Below are positions 49,687-58,857 of a stretch of 64,000 bases of DNA, in pieces. Position numbers and translations under genes: made by a program. The DNA comes from an uncultured delta proteobacterium (lineage in GTDB: Bacteria > Myxococcota > Myxococcia > SLRQ01), in the NCBI GenBank assembly GCA_963727485.1, contig CAVSGM010000002.1:1-64000 (forward strand), in the 5' to 3' direction. Below the pieces are notes generated by a model, which had not been told where the DNA came from, did not search any database, and saw only the letters and a list, made by a program, of their open reading frames with translations. Each line of letters starts with the position of its first letter. Position 1 is the first letter of the stretch.

Positions 49687-51891
49687 CTACGTCAGCCGCT
49701 CGAGGAGCACCTGCTGCGCCCGCCGCACCTTCCGCCGCCCGGGCCGCCGGCGGGTCCACTTGCCGTCGGCGCCGAGCACCCAGGCGCTGGCGTTGTCCTC
49801 GAAGTAGACCTCCAGCGACTCCCGGAGGACCCGGCGCTCGAGCTCGGGCTCCTCCACCGGGAACGCCGTCTCCACCCGCCGCTCGAGGTTCCGGCTCATC
49901 CAGTCGGCGCTCGACAGGTAGGTGACCTTCCGGTCGCCGGCCTGGAAGTGGAAGACCCGCGAGTGCTCGAGGAACCGGTCGACCACCGAGCGCACCCGGA
50001 TGGTCTCGCTGACCCCGGGCACCCCCGGCCGCAGGCAGCACACCCCGCGGACCAGCAGGTCGATGCGCGCCCCGGCCTGGCTCGCCCGGTAGAGGGCCCG
50101 CACCACCTCCTGCTCGGACAGGGCGTTCATCCGCGCCAGGATCCGGGCGGGCTTGCCCTCGCGGGCCGCCTGCGCCACCGCGTCGATGTGGGCCAGCAGC
50201 GTCTTGTGGAGCTCGAAGGGCGACTGCACCAGGCGCTCCAGGCGCGTGGCCTTGCCCAGCCCGGTGAGCTGCTGGAAGAGCCGCTGCACGTCCTGGCCGA
50301 ACTCGGGGTGGGCGGTGAGGTAGCCCAGGTCGGTGTAGAGGCGCGCGGTCCCCGAGTGGTAGTTGCCCGTGCCCAGGTGGACGTAGCGCTTGAGGCGCCG
50401 GCCCTCGCGCCGCACCACCAGGAGCATCTTGGCGTGGCACTTGTAACCGACGATGCCGTAGACCACGAGGGCGCCGGCGTCCTGGAGCCGCGTGGCCAGA
50501 TCGATGTTCGCCGCCTCGTCGAAGCGCGCCCGGAGCTCGACCACCACCGTGACCTCCTTGCCGGCCCGGGCGGCGTCGATGAGCGCGTCGACCACCGGCG
50601 AGTCGGCGCCGGTGCGGTAGAGGGTCATCTTGATGGCCACCACCTTGGGGTCGTCGGCGGCCTGGCGGAGGAACGACAGCACCGGGGCGAAGCTCTGGAA
50701 CGGGTGGTGGAGCAGCCGGCTGCCCTCGCGCAGGCGGGCGAAGAGGTCGGTGCCCGGGGCCAGGTCCCTCGGGACCGAGGGCACGAAGGGCCGGTAGAGG
50801 AGGTCCGGACGCCGGGCCAGCTCGGTGAGGGCCGAGAGGCGGTGGAGGTTCACCGGGCCGTCGACCCGGTAGAGGTCGTCGGGGTCGAGGTGGAAGCGAT
50901 CCTGGAGGAGGCGGACCACGTCCTCGGGGCAGTCGCGGCTGACCTCCAGGCGCACCGCGTGGCCGTAGTTGCGCCGGGGCAGCTCGCCGGCCAGGGCGTG
51001 GAGCAGGTCGTCGACCTCCTCCTCGTCGACCCAGAGGTCGCTGTTGCGGGTGACCCGGAAGGCGTGGCAGCCGGTGACCCGCATCCCCGGGAAGAGCCGG
51101 TGGACGTGGTGGCGGATCACCGAGGAGAGCAGCAGGAAGTCGTGGGGCCGGCCCGAGACCCGCGGCGGCACCTGGATGAGCCGGGGCAGGGCCCGGGGCG
51201 CCTGGACCACCGCCATCCGGCTCTGGCGCCCGAAGGCGTCACGGCCCTCGAGGGTCACCAGGAAGTTGAGGCTCTTGTTGAGGATGCGCGGGAAGGGGTG
51301 GGCCGGGTCGAGGCCCATGGGGGTGAGCACCGGGAGGAGCTGGCCGGCGAAGTAGCGCTTCACCCACCGGGTCACCGCCACCGAGGCGTCGGGGAGCTGG
51401 ACCAGGTTCACCCCCTCGGCGGCGAGGGCCGGGAGGAGCGCGTCGTTGAGGAGGCGGTACTGGTCGTCGACCAGGGCGTGGGCGGCCTCGGAGACCTTCC
51501 CCAGGACCTCCTCGGCGGTCATCCCGTGGGGCGCGTGGTGGGGCAGGCCCAGGGCCACCTGCTCCTTGAGGCCCGAGACCCGGATCTCGAAGAACTCGTC
51601 GAGGTTCGAGCTGCTGATGGCCAGGAAGCGCAGGCGCTCGAGGAGCGGCGTCGCCGGGTCGGCGGCCTGCGCCAGGACCCGGTGGTTGAAGGCGAGGAGC
51701 GAGAGCTCCCGGTCGAGGAAGAGGCTCGGGTCGTCCACCGGGCGGGTGAGCGCCCGGGGGGCCGGGGGGCGCCGGGTGCGCCCCGGCGACCGGGTCCCGC
51801 GCCGAGGGGCACTGGACGCGGCGCCGGTGTCGTCGGGCCCCTCGGCCTCCTCGGCCCGGGCGGCGGCGCTGCTTCTCGGTGGGGGCGTCAC
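49687..51891 (-). CDS. ppk1: Polyphosphate kinase 1 (start uncertain)
   Basis: RELSLLAFN, SNLDEFFEIRV, AHPFP, LHHPF, ARFDE, HAK, GTGNY and SSADWM. Confidence 0.96.
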   Translation of the reverse strand: MTPPPRSSAAARAEEAEGPDDTGAASSAPRRGTRSPGRTRRPPAPRALTRPVDDPSLFLDRELSLLAFNHRVLAQAADPATPLLERLRFLAISSSNLDEFFEIRVSGLKEQVALGLPHHAPHGMTAEEVLGKVSEAAHALVDDQYRLLNDALLPALAAEGVNLVQLPDASVAVTRWVKRYFAGQLLPVLTPMGLDPAHPFPRILNKSLNFLVTLEGRDAFGRQSRMAVVQAPRALPRLIQVPPRVSGRPHDFLLLSSVIRHHVHRLFPGMRVTGCHAFRVTRNSDLWVDEEEVDDLLHALAGELPRRNYGHAVRLEVSRDCPEDVVRLLQDRFHLDPDDLYRVDGPVNLHRLSALTELARRPDLLYRPFVPSVPRDLAPGTDLFARLREGSRLLHHPFQSFAPVLSFLRQAADDPKVVAIKMTLYRTGADSPVVDALIDAARAGKEVTVVVELRARFDEAANIDLATRLQDAGALVVYGIVGYKCHAKMLLVVRREGRRLKRYVHLGTGNYHSGTARLYTDLGYLTAHPEFGQDVQRLFQQLTGLGKATRLERLVQSPFELHKTLLAHIDAVAQAAREGKPARILARMNALSEQEVVRALYRASQAGARIDLLVRGVCCLRPGVPGVSETIRVRSVVDRFLEHSRVFHFQAGDRKVTYLSSADWMSRNLERRVETAFPVEEPELERRVLRESLEVYFEDNASAWVLGADGKWTRRRPGRRKVRRAQQVLLERLT

Positions 51892-51926
51892 GGGTGCGGG
51901 CCTCGGTTCTCCCGCCCGCCAGCGGC

Positions 51927-52460
51927 TCACATCGGGACCAGGAGCCGGGCCGCGAGGCCCACCACGAGGCCGATGAGCGCCCCGCAGGCGACATCGAGCG
52001 GGTAGTGGGCTCCAAGATACACTCGGCTGACGGCGATGCCACCCGCCAGCGGAAACGCCACCGCCCCGAGGCCCAGGCCCTGCCCCGAGAGGGCCACGGC
52101 CACCGCCACCGCCGCGGCGGTGTGCCCCGAGGGGAAGGAGAAGGCGTCGGGGTTCTCGGCCAGCGCCGTGACCCCGGGGAGGGTGCTCGGCCGGGGCCGG
52201 CGCCAGGCGCGCTTGAGGATCTGGCTCACCGCGGTGGCGAGGAGCGCACCGGCGCCCAGGCGCAGGGCCAGGCTCGGGCCGTTCGGCCCCGAGGCCCCGA
52301 GGAGCAGGCCCGCGAAGGTCCAGCTCGCCCCGTCGCCGAAGTGGGTCAGGGCCTTCATCAGCCGGGTCAGCACCGGGCCCTCGAGGCGGCGCACCTGTCG
52401 CAGCAGGGCCTCGTCGAGGCCGAGCAGGCTGGTGAGGAGGAGCTGGCCGGCAGATCTCAT
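51927..52460 (-). CDS. PAP2-family membrane phosphatase
   Basis: K..RRPRP, SFPSGH and SRVYLGAHYPLD. Confidence 0.92.
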   Translation of the reverse strand: MRSAGQLLLTSLLGLDEALLRQVRRLEGPVLTRLMKALTHFGDGASWTFAGLLLGASGPNGPSLALRLGAGALLATAVSQILKRAWRRPRPSTLPGVTALAENPDAFSFPSGHTAAAVAVAVALSGQGLGLGAVAFPLAGGIAVSRVYLGAHYPLDVACGALIGLVVGLAARLLVPM

Positions 52461-52482
52461 GAGACCAGCATGGGCCGCCTCT

Positions 52483-52500
52483 GTGACGGGCCGGTGACGC
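52483..52500 (-). promoter_or_regulatory. Pho box upstream of PAP2-ppk1
   Basis: Minus strand GTCACcggccc GTCAC, 11-bp period. Confidence 0.55.
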
Positions 52501-52578
52501 CCGGGCGCCGATGCGGCCACGGTGCCCCGGGGTGCCGGCCCCGTCGACGCCGGCCCCACCGATGCCTAGGCTCACGCC

Positions 52579-53289
52579 ATGACCGACGTCGTCGCCGGCC
52601 CCTGGGTGGAGGCCTTGGGGCAGGCCGTGGACGCCGCGCCCACGGCGATCGATCCCGAGGGGGTGCACCACCTCCGGGTCGCCGCCCGGCGCCTGCGCGT
52701 GTTCCTGGAGCTCGGGGGCCGGCGGATCCTCGACGACGACCTCCGGTGGCTCCGGGACGAGGCGGGGGCGGTGCGCGACATCGACGTCCTGGTCGCCGCC
52801 GGGCCCCCGCCGGCGCTCGCCAGCTGGGTTTCGGGCCACCGCCCCGCCGCCGTCGCCCGCCTCGCCGAGGCCCTCCGCGCCCCCCGCGCCCGGGGCCTCG
52901 GGGTGGCCCTGCGCCACCTGGCGCCGGTCCCGGCGAAGGCCGCCCGACGGGCCACCGCCGTCGCCGCCCGGAGGGTCCTCCGCCGGGGCGCCGCCCTCGA
53001 GGCCGACGACGCCCCCCTCGACACCCTCCACGCCCTGCGCCGGGCCGTCCGCCGCCTCCGCTACGCCCTGGAGCTCACCTCCGCCGACGCCGTGTCCGTC
53101 CACGCCCTCCAGGACGCCCTGGGCTGGCTCGGGGACCTGCGGGTGGCCCTGCGAACCCTCTCCGAGTGGCCCGGCGAGGCCCCGGCGTGGGAGGCGGAGC
53201 TCCTCGGTGGCATCGAGACCGGGCGCGCCGAGGCCCACGCGGTGTGGACCGACGTGCGCCCCTACGTGGAGGAGGTCGCCCACCCATGA
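52579..53289 (+). CDS. CHAD-domain (polyphosphate-binding) protein
   Basis: VHHLRVAARRLR, VRDIDV, LHALRRAVRRLRYALE and LQDALG. Confidence 0.92.
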   Translation: MTDVVAGPWVEALGQAVDAAPTAIDPEGVHHLRVAARRLRVFLELGGRRILDDDLRWLRDEAGAVRDIDVLVAAGPPPALASWVSGHRPAAVARLAEALRAPRARGLGVALRHLAPVPAKAARRATAVAARRVLRRGAALEADDAPLDTLHALRRAVRRLRYALELTSADAVSVHALQDALGWLGDLRVALRTLSEWPGEAPAWEAELLGGIETGRAEAHAVWTDVRPYVEEVAHP

Positions 53290-53783
53290 CCGTCTACCTC
53301 ATCCGACATGGCATCGCCGAGCCCCGGGGCCCGGACCTCCCGGACCCCGACCGGGCCCTCACGCCAAAAGGCACCCGCCGGGTACGCCAGGTGGCACGGG
53401 GCCTCCGCCGCCAGGGCGTGGTCCTGGACCGCCTCTACCACAGCCCCTGGCGCCGGGCGGTGGAGACCGCCGAGCTGCTGGCGCCCCTGGTCGCCGGGGA
53501 GACGGTGGTCAGCCCCTGGCTCGCCGAGCCCCCGTCCCCGGCGCTCCTCGAGCACCTCGAGGGCGAGGAGGTGGCGCTGGTGGGCCACGAGCCCTGGCTC
53601 TCGGCGCTCCTCGCCTGGCTGGTCCACGGCGGGGACGTCCCGCCGGCGGAGGGCCCCTACGACCTCAGGAAGGGTGGGGTGGCGATCCTCCAGGGGACGC
53701 CGGCTCCGGGGCAGATGGTCCTGACGGCCCTGCTCCCGCCCCGCCTGCTCCGGCGCCGGGGCGGCCGCGGATTGGGAGGCTGA
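53286..53783 (+). CDS. sixA: SixA-like phosphohistidine phosphatase
   Basis: LIRHG, RALTPKG, SPWRRAVETAE and LVGHEP; ATGA overlap with the CHAD gene. Confidence 0.9.
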   Translation: MTVYLIRHGIAEPRGPDLPDPDRALTPKGTRRVRQVARGLRRQGVVLDRLYHSPWRRAVETAELLAPLVAGETVVSPWLAEPPSPALLEHLEGEEVALVGHEPWLSALLAWLVHGGDVPPAEGPYDLRKGGVAILQGTPAPGQMVLTALLPPRLLRRRGGRGLGG

Positions 53784-55155
53784 CGGTGAACACCGAGCCC
53801 CCCTCGGCGGGGCAGGTGAGCTCCACCCGGCCGTTCATCAGCCGCACCAGGTTGCGGACGATGGACAGGCCGAGGCCGGTGCCACCCATGGCCCGGGCGC
53901 GCCCCGGGTCCACCCGGTAGAAGCGCTCGAAGATCCGGTCCCGGAGGTTCACCGGGATCCCCGGCCCGGCGTCGGCGACGGTGATCACCAGGCGCCCGGG
54001 CTCGGTCCCGGCGCGGACGCGCACCGTGCCGCCCGCGGGGCCGTACTTCACCGCGTTGTCCAGGAGGTTCACCAGCACCTGGCCCAGCGCCCGGGCGTCG
54101 CAGCGCACCGGCGGGAGGTCCTCGGCCGCCGAGACCTCCACCCGCACCCCGCGGCGCCGGGCCTTCTCGGCGACCCCGGCCCGGGCCCGGTCGAGGATCT
54201 CGTCGACGCGGATCTCCGCGGCCTGGAGCTGGTAGGCCCCGGCGTCGAGGGCGGCGAGGTCGAGGAGGTCGGCGACCAGGTCGGTCATCCGGTGGGCGTG
54301 CTCGAGGATGGTGCGGACGAAGTCGGTCGCCGCCTCGGGATCGTCGGCGAGGGCCCCGTCGAGGAGGGTCTCGGCGTAGCCCCGGATGGCGGCGATGGGG
54401 GTCTTGAGCTCGTGGCTGACGTTGGCCACGAAGTCCTGGCGCACCGCCTGGAGGCGCCGGCGCTCGGTGACGTCCCGGAGCACCACCACCGCCGAGGTCA
54501 CCGCCCGGTTGGCGGCCCGCACCGGCGCCGCGGTGATGACCACCGTCCGTGGGGGCCTGGTGGTGAGGGTGGACTCGCTGAAGAGCACCGGCTCCCCGGC
54601 CAGGGCCCGGCGGGCGGCGAGGTCGAGGGCGTCGGAGCGGACCACCGAGAGGAGGGTGCGCCCCACCGGCGAGGGGTCGCCGGCGAAGCCCACGATGCCC
54701 AGGAAGGCGGCGTTCACCAGGGCCACGCGGCCCTCGGGGTCCACCGCGGCGACGCCCTCGGTCATGGACTCGAGGACGGCGTCGAGGCGGTCCCGCTCGG
54801 CCTGGACCCGGTGGATGCGCCGCTCCAGGCGCCCGGCGAGGTCGTCCACCGCCAGGCTCATCTCGCCGATCTCGTCGGGGTGGAGGTCCCGGGTGGGGCT
54901 CCTCGGGGCCTCGTCCCGGAGGCCCTCGATGGCCGCGGTCATCCGGCGCAGGCGCCGGGCGACCACCGCACCGGTGACGGCCGCGGCGAGGCCGGCGACG
55001 GCGAGGCCGATGCCCAGGCCCACCAGGAGGCCGCGGGCGGCGGGGGGCTCGAGGGGCAGGAGGCCGGCGGCGGCGGCGAGGCCCGCGAGGAGGAGGACGG
55101 CGGCCACCGGGAGGGCCACCGCCAGGGCCGCCGTGGTGGCCAGGCGGGTGTGCAT
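53665..55155 (-). CDS. phoR: PhoR-like sensor histidine kinase
   Basis: 2 TM, HAMP, PAS, DFVANVSHELKTP, NLLDNAVKY and FERFYRVD..GGTGLGL. Confidence 0.9.
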   Translation of the reverse strand: MHTRLATTAALAVALPVAAVLLLAGLAAAAGLLPLEPPAARGLLVGLGIGLAVAGLAAAVTGAVVARRLRRMTAAIEGLRDEAPRSPTRDLHPDEIGEMSLAVDDLAGRLERRIHRVQAERDRLDAVLESMTEGVAAVDPEGRVALVNAAFLGIVGFAGDPSPVGRTLLSVVRSDALDLAARRALAGEPVLFSESTLTTRPPRTVVITAAPVRAANRAVTSAVVVLRDVTERRRLQAVRQDFVANVSHELKTPIAAIRGYAETLLDGALADDPEAATDFVRTILEHAHRMTDLVADLLDLAALDAGAYQLQAAEIRVDEILDRARAGVAEKARRRGVRVEVSAAEDLPPVRCDARALGQVLVNLLDNAVKYGPAGGTVRVRAGTEPGRLVITVADAGPGIPVNLRDRIFERFYRVDPGRARAMGGTGLGLSIVRNLVRLMNGRVELTCPAEGGSVFTVSLPIRGRPGAGAGGAGAGPSGPSAPEPASPGGSPPHPS

Positions 55156-55166
55156 GGGCCTCGGGC

Positions 55167-55859
55167 TCACCCCGCCGAGGCCTCGGCGAAGCGGTAGCCG
55201 ACCCCGCGGACCGTCTCCACCAGGTCGGCGGCGGCCCCGAGCTTCTCCCGGAGGCGCTTGATGTGGGTGTCCACGGTGCGGGTGGTCACGAAGCTGGAGT
55301 AGCCCCACACCCGGTCGAGGAGGGACTCGCGGCTCTGCACCCGGCCCCGGCGCTCCATGAGGTCGACCAAGAGCTTGAACTCCAGGGCGGTGAGGACCAC
55401 CTCCTCGCCCTCGACGGTGACCTTGTGGCGGTCGATGTCGACCTCGAGGGGGCCGTGGGCGAGGACCGCCGCGGCCGCGCCGCCCTTGCCGGTGCGCCGG
55501 AGGACCGCCTGCACCCGGAGGGTGAGCTCCTTGGGGGAGAAGGGCTTGGAGACGTAGTCGTCGGCCCCGGACTCGAAGCCGGTGACCCGGTCGGCCTCCT
55601 CGCCCCGGGCGGTGAGGAGGATCACCGGGGTGGCGGCGAGCTCCGGATCGGCGCGGACCTGGCGGACCACCTCGAGGCCGGAGACGTCGGGGAGCATCAC
55701 GTCGAGGACCACCAGGTCGGGGCGGTCCTCGCGGATGCGCCGGAGGGCCGAGGCGCCGTCGTAGGCGGTGACCGGATCGAAGCCGGCCTTGCGGAGGTTG
55801 TAGGCGACGAGGCGGGCGAGATCGCGCTCGTCGTCGCACACGAGGATCTTCGAGGGCAT
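55167..55859 (-). CDS. phoB: PhoB-like response regulator
   Basis: Receiver plus OmpR wHTH (RTVDTHIKRLREKL..TVRGVGY); cluster context. Confidence 0.9.
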   Translation of the reverse strand: MPSKILVCDDERDLARLVAYNLRKAGFDPVTAYDGASALRRIREDRPDLVVLDVMLPDVSGLEVVRQVRADPELAATPVILLTARGEEADRVTGFESGADDYVSKPFSPKELTLRVQAVLRRTGKGGAAAAVLAHGPLEVDIDRHKVTVEGEEVVLTALEFKLLVDLMERRGRVQSRESLLDRVWGYSSFVTTRTVDTHIKRLREKLGAAADLVETVRGVGYRFAEASAG

Positions 55860-55871
55860 GGGGCTGCCACT

Positions 55872-55926
55872 ACTCTAACCCGCCCGCGGCAGGGGCAAGG
55901 CCCCCGTGTGACAGGTGGGTGAACAG
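55872..55926 (-). promoter_or_regulatory. Pho box plus -10 element upstream of phoB
   Basis: Minus strand CTGTTCACccacCTGTCAC (11-bp period), then TAGAGT at 55877-55872. Confidence 0.6.
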
Positions 55927-56074
55927 GCGGGGCCGGCGGGGCCCCGGGCCCGGTCGCGGGCGGGCCCGGAAAAAAGTGGCAGGCGCCGGTTGCGTGACTC
56001 CATTCAATATCGTATCTTGCGTGTAGGCCATTGAGAGGAAGACACTGAAGGTCCTCCATTCACTGGAATCATAA

Positions 56075-56599
56075 ATGCCCAAGCACCTCCTCAACGCCGA
56101 CGACCTCGAGCGCATCGAGACCGAGAACCCCGAGGGCCTGTCGTCGAAGGAGGTCATCGACCTCTTCCAGGGCCGGGGGGTGAAGCTCTCGGAGGCCACC
56201 TTCCGCAAGTACGTGCAGCTCGGGCTCCTCCCCGGCTGCACCCGGCGGGTGGGCAGCAAGGGCAAGCACAAGGGCTCCCGGGGCGTCTACCCGGTGAACG
56301 TGGTGCGCCGGGTGAACCTCATCAAGAAGATGATGGACGAGGGCATGACCCTCGAGGACATCCGGCACTCCTTCGTGGCCTTTCGCAACGACATCGACGC
56401 CCTCCAGGACGCCCTCGAGGCGCTCTTCCGCGACTTCCAGCAGCACCTGGAGCAGCGGGCCCTGGAGCCGGTGGATCGCAAGCATCTCTCCCGGCAGTTC
56501 CGGGAGTCACGGCAGCACGCCTCCACCCTGGTCCGGCGCCTCGAGCGGCTGGGCTCGGCGATCGCGGCGCGGCCGAGGCCGGGGCTCGAAGGCGGATGA
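56075..56599 (+). CDS. MerR-like HTH protein
   Basis: [35 protein letters not shown] followed by a coiled coil. Confidence 0.75.
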   Translation: MPKHLLNADDLERIETENPEGLSSKEVIDLFQGRGVKLSEATFRKYVQLGLLPGCTRRVGSKGKHKGSRGVYPVNVVRRVNLIKKMMDEGMTLEDIRHSFVAFRNDIDALQDALEALFRDFQQHLEQRALEPVDRKHLSRQFRESRQHASTLVRRLERLGSAIAARPRPGLEGG

Positions 56600-56693
56600 C
56601 GGCACACGGGCAGAACTCATCGGCGCACCGGGACGGGCGGGGCCCGGGCGACCACAGCGGAACCTCCCCCGCGACGAACGAAGGAGCGGCACC

Positions 56694-57200
56694 ATGAACG
56701 GGACCGACGACGCCAAGGAGATCCTTCCCCAAGGCGCACTGCACGCGGCCGGCGACGAGGGCGACGCCGGCGGCGGAGGCGACGCGGGTGGGCGCCGCCG
56801 CAGCCGGACCATGTCCCGCAAGGAGATGGCGCGGCAGATGCGGCGGGAGCGCGCCCGGGGGGGCGACCCCGAGCTCGACGCCCTGATGGGCGAGGCGGAG
56901 AAGCTGCGCCCGCACACCCGGGCGGAGTGCATCAACGCCGAGCGGCCCTGCACCTGGGTCGCCTGCAAGTACAACCTCTACCTCGACGTGAACCCCCAGA
57001 CCGGGAGCATCAAGCTCAACTTCCCCGATCTCGAGCTCTGGGAGCTGGAGCACACCTGCGCCCTGGACGTGGCCGAGAAGGGCGGGATCACCCTCGAGGA
57101 GGTCGGGGAGATCATGAACCTGACCCGGGAGCGGATCCGCCAGGTGGAGATGCGGGGCCTGGAGAAGATCCGGGAGGCCTGCGACCCCGAGGACGTGTAG
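56694..57200 (+). CDS. Small DNA-binding protein with Cys cluster and sigma70 region-4-like HTH
   Basis: [48 protein letters not shown]. Confidence 0.85.
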   Translation: MNGTDDAKEILPQGALHAAGDEGDAGGGGDAGGRRRSRTMSRKEMARQMRRERARGGDPELDALMGEAEKLRPHTRAECINAERPCTWVACKYNLYLDVNPQTGSIKLNFPDLELWELEHTCALDVAEKGGITLEEVGEIMNLTRERIRQVEMRGLEKIREACDPEDV

Positions 57201-57264
57201 GCCCCCACGGACCCCGCGTCCGACCCATTGACCGGCGGGGGGCGAAGCCGCTAATCCCCCCGCC

Positions 57265-58828
<1,564 letters not shown>

Positions 58829-58857
58829 CCCGGGACTTGGGCTACCATGGGGCCCGG

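Noticed and set aside
51892..53283. Apparent 1198-aa Ppk1 with a long N-terminal extension
   Set aside because: The extension overlaps the PAP2 and CHAD genes in other frames; Ppk1 similarity begins near 51730.
53665..53783. 119-nt convergent overlap of phoR and sixA (similarly the ndh/DUF4386 overlap at 14065-14131)
   Set aside because: Low-complexity tails that run on in stop-poor GC-rich DNA, or another indel error; no evidence of function.
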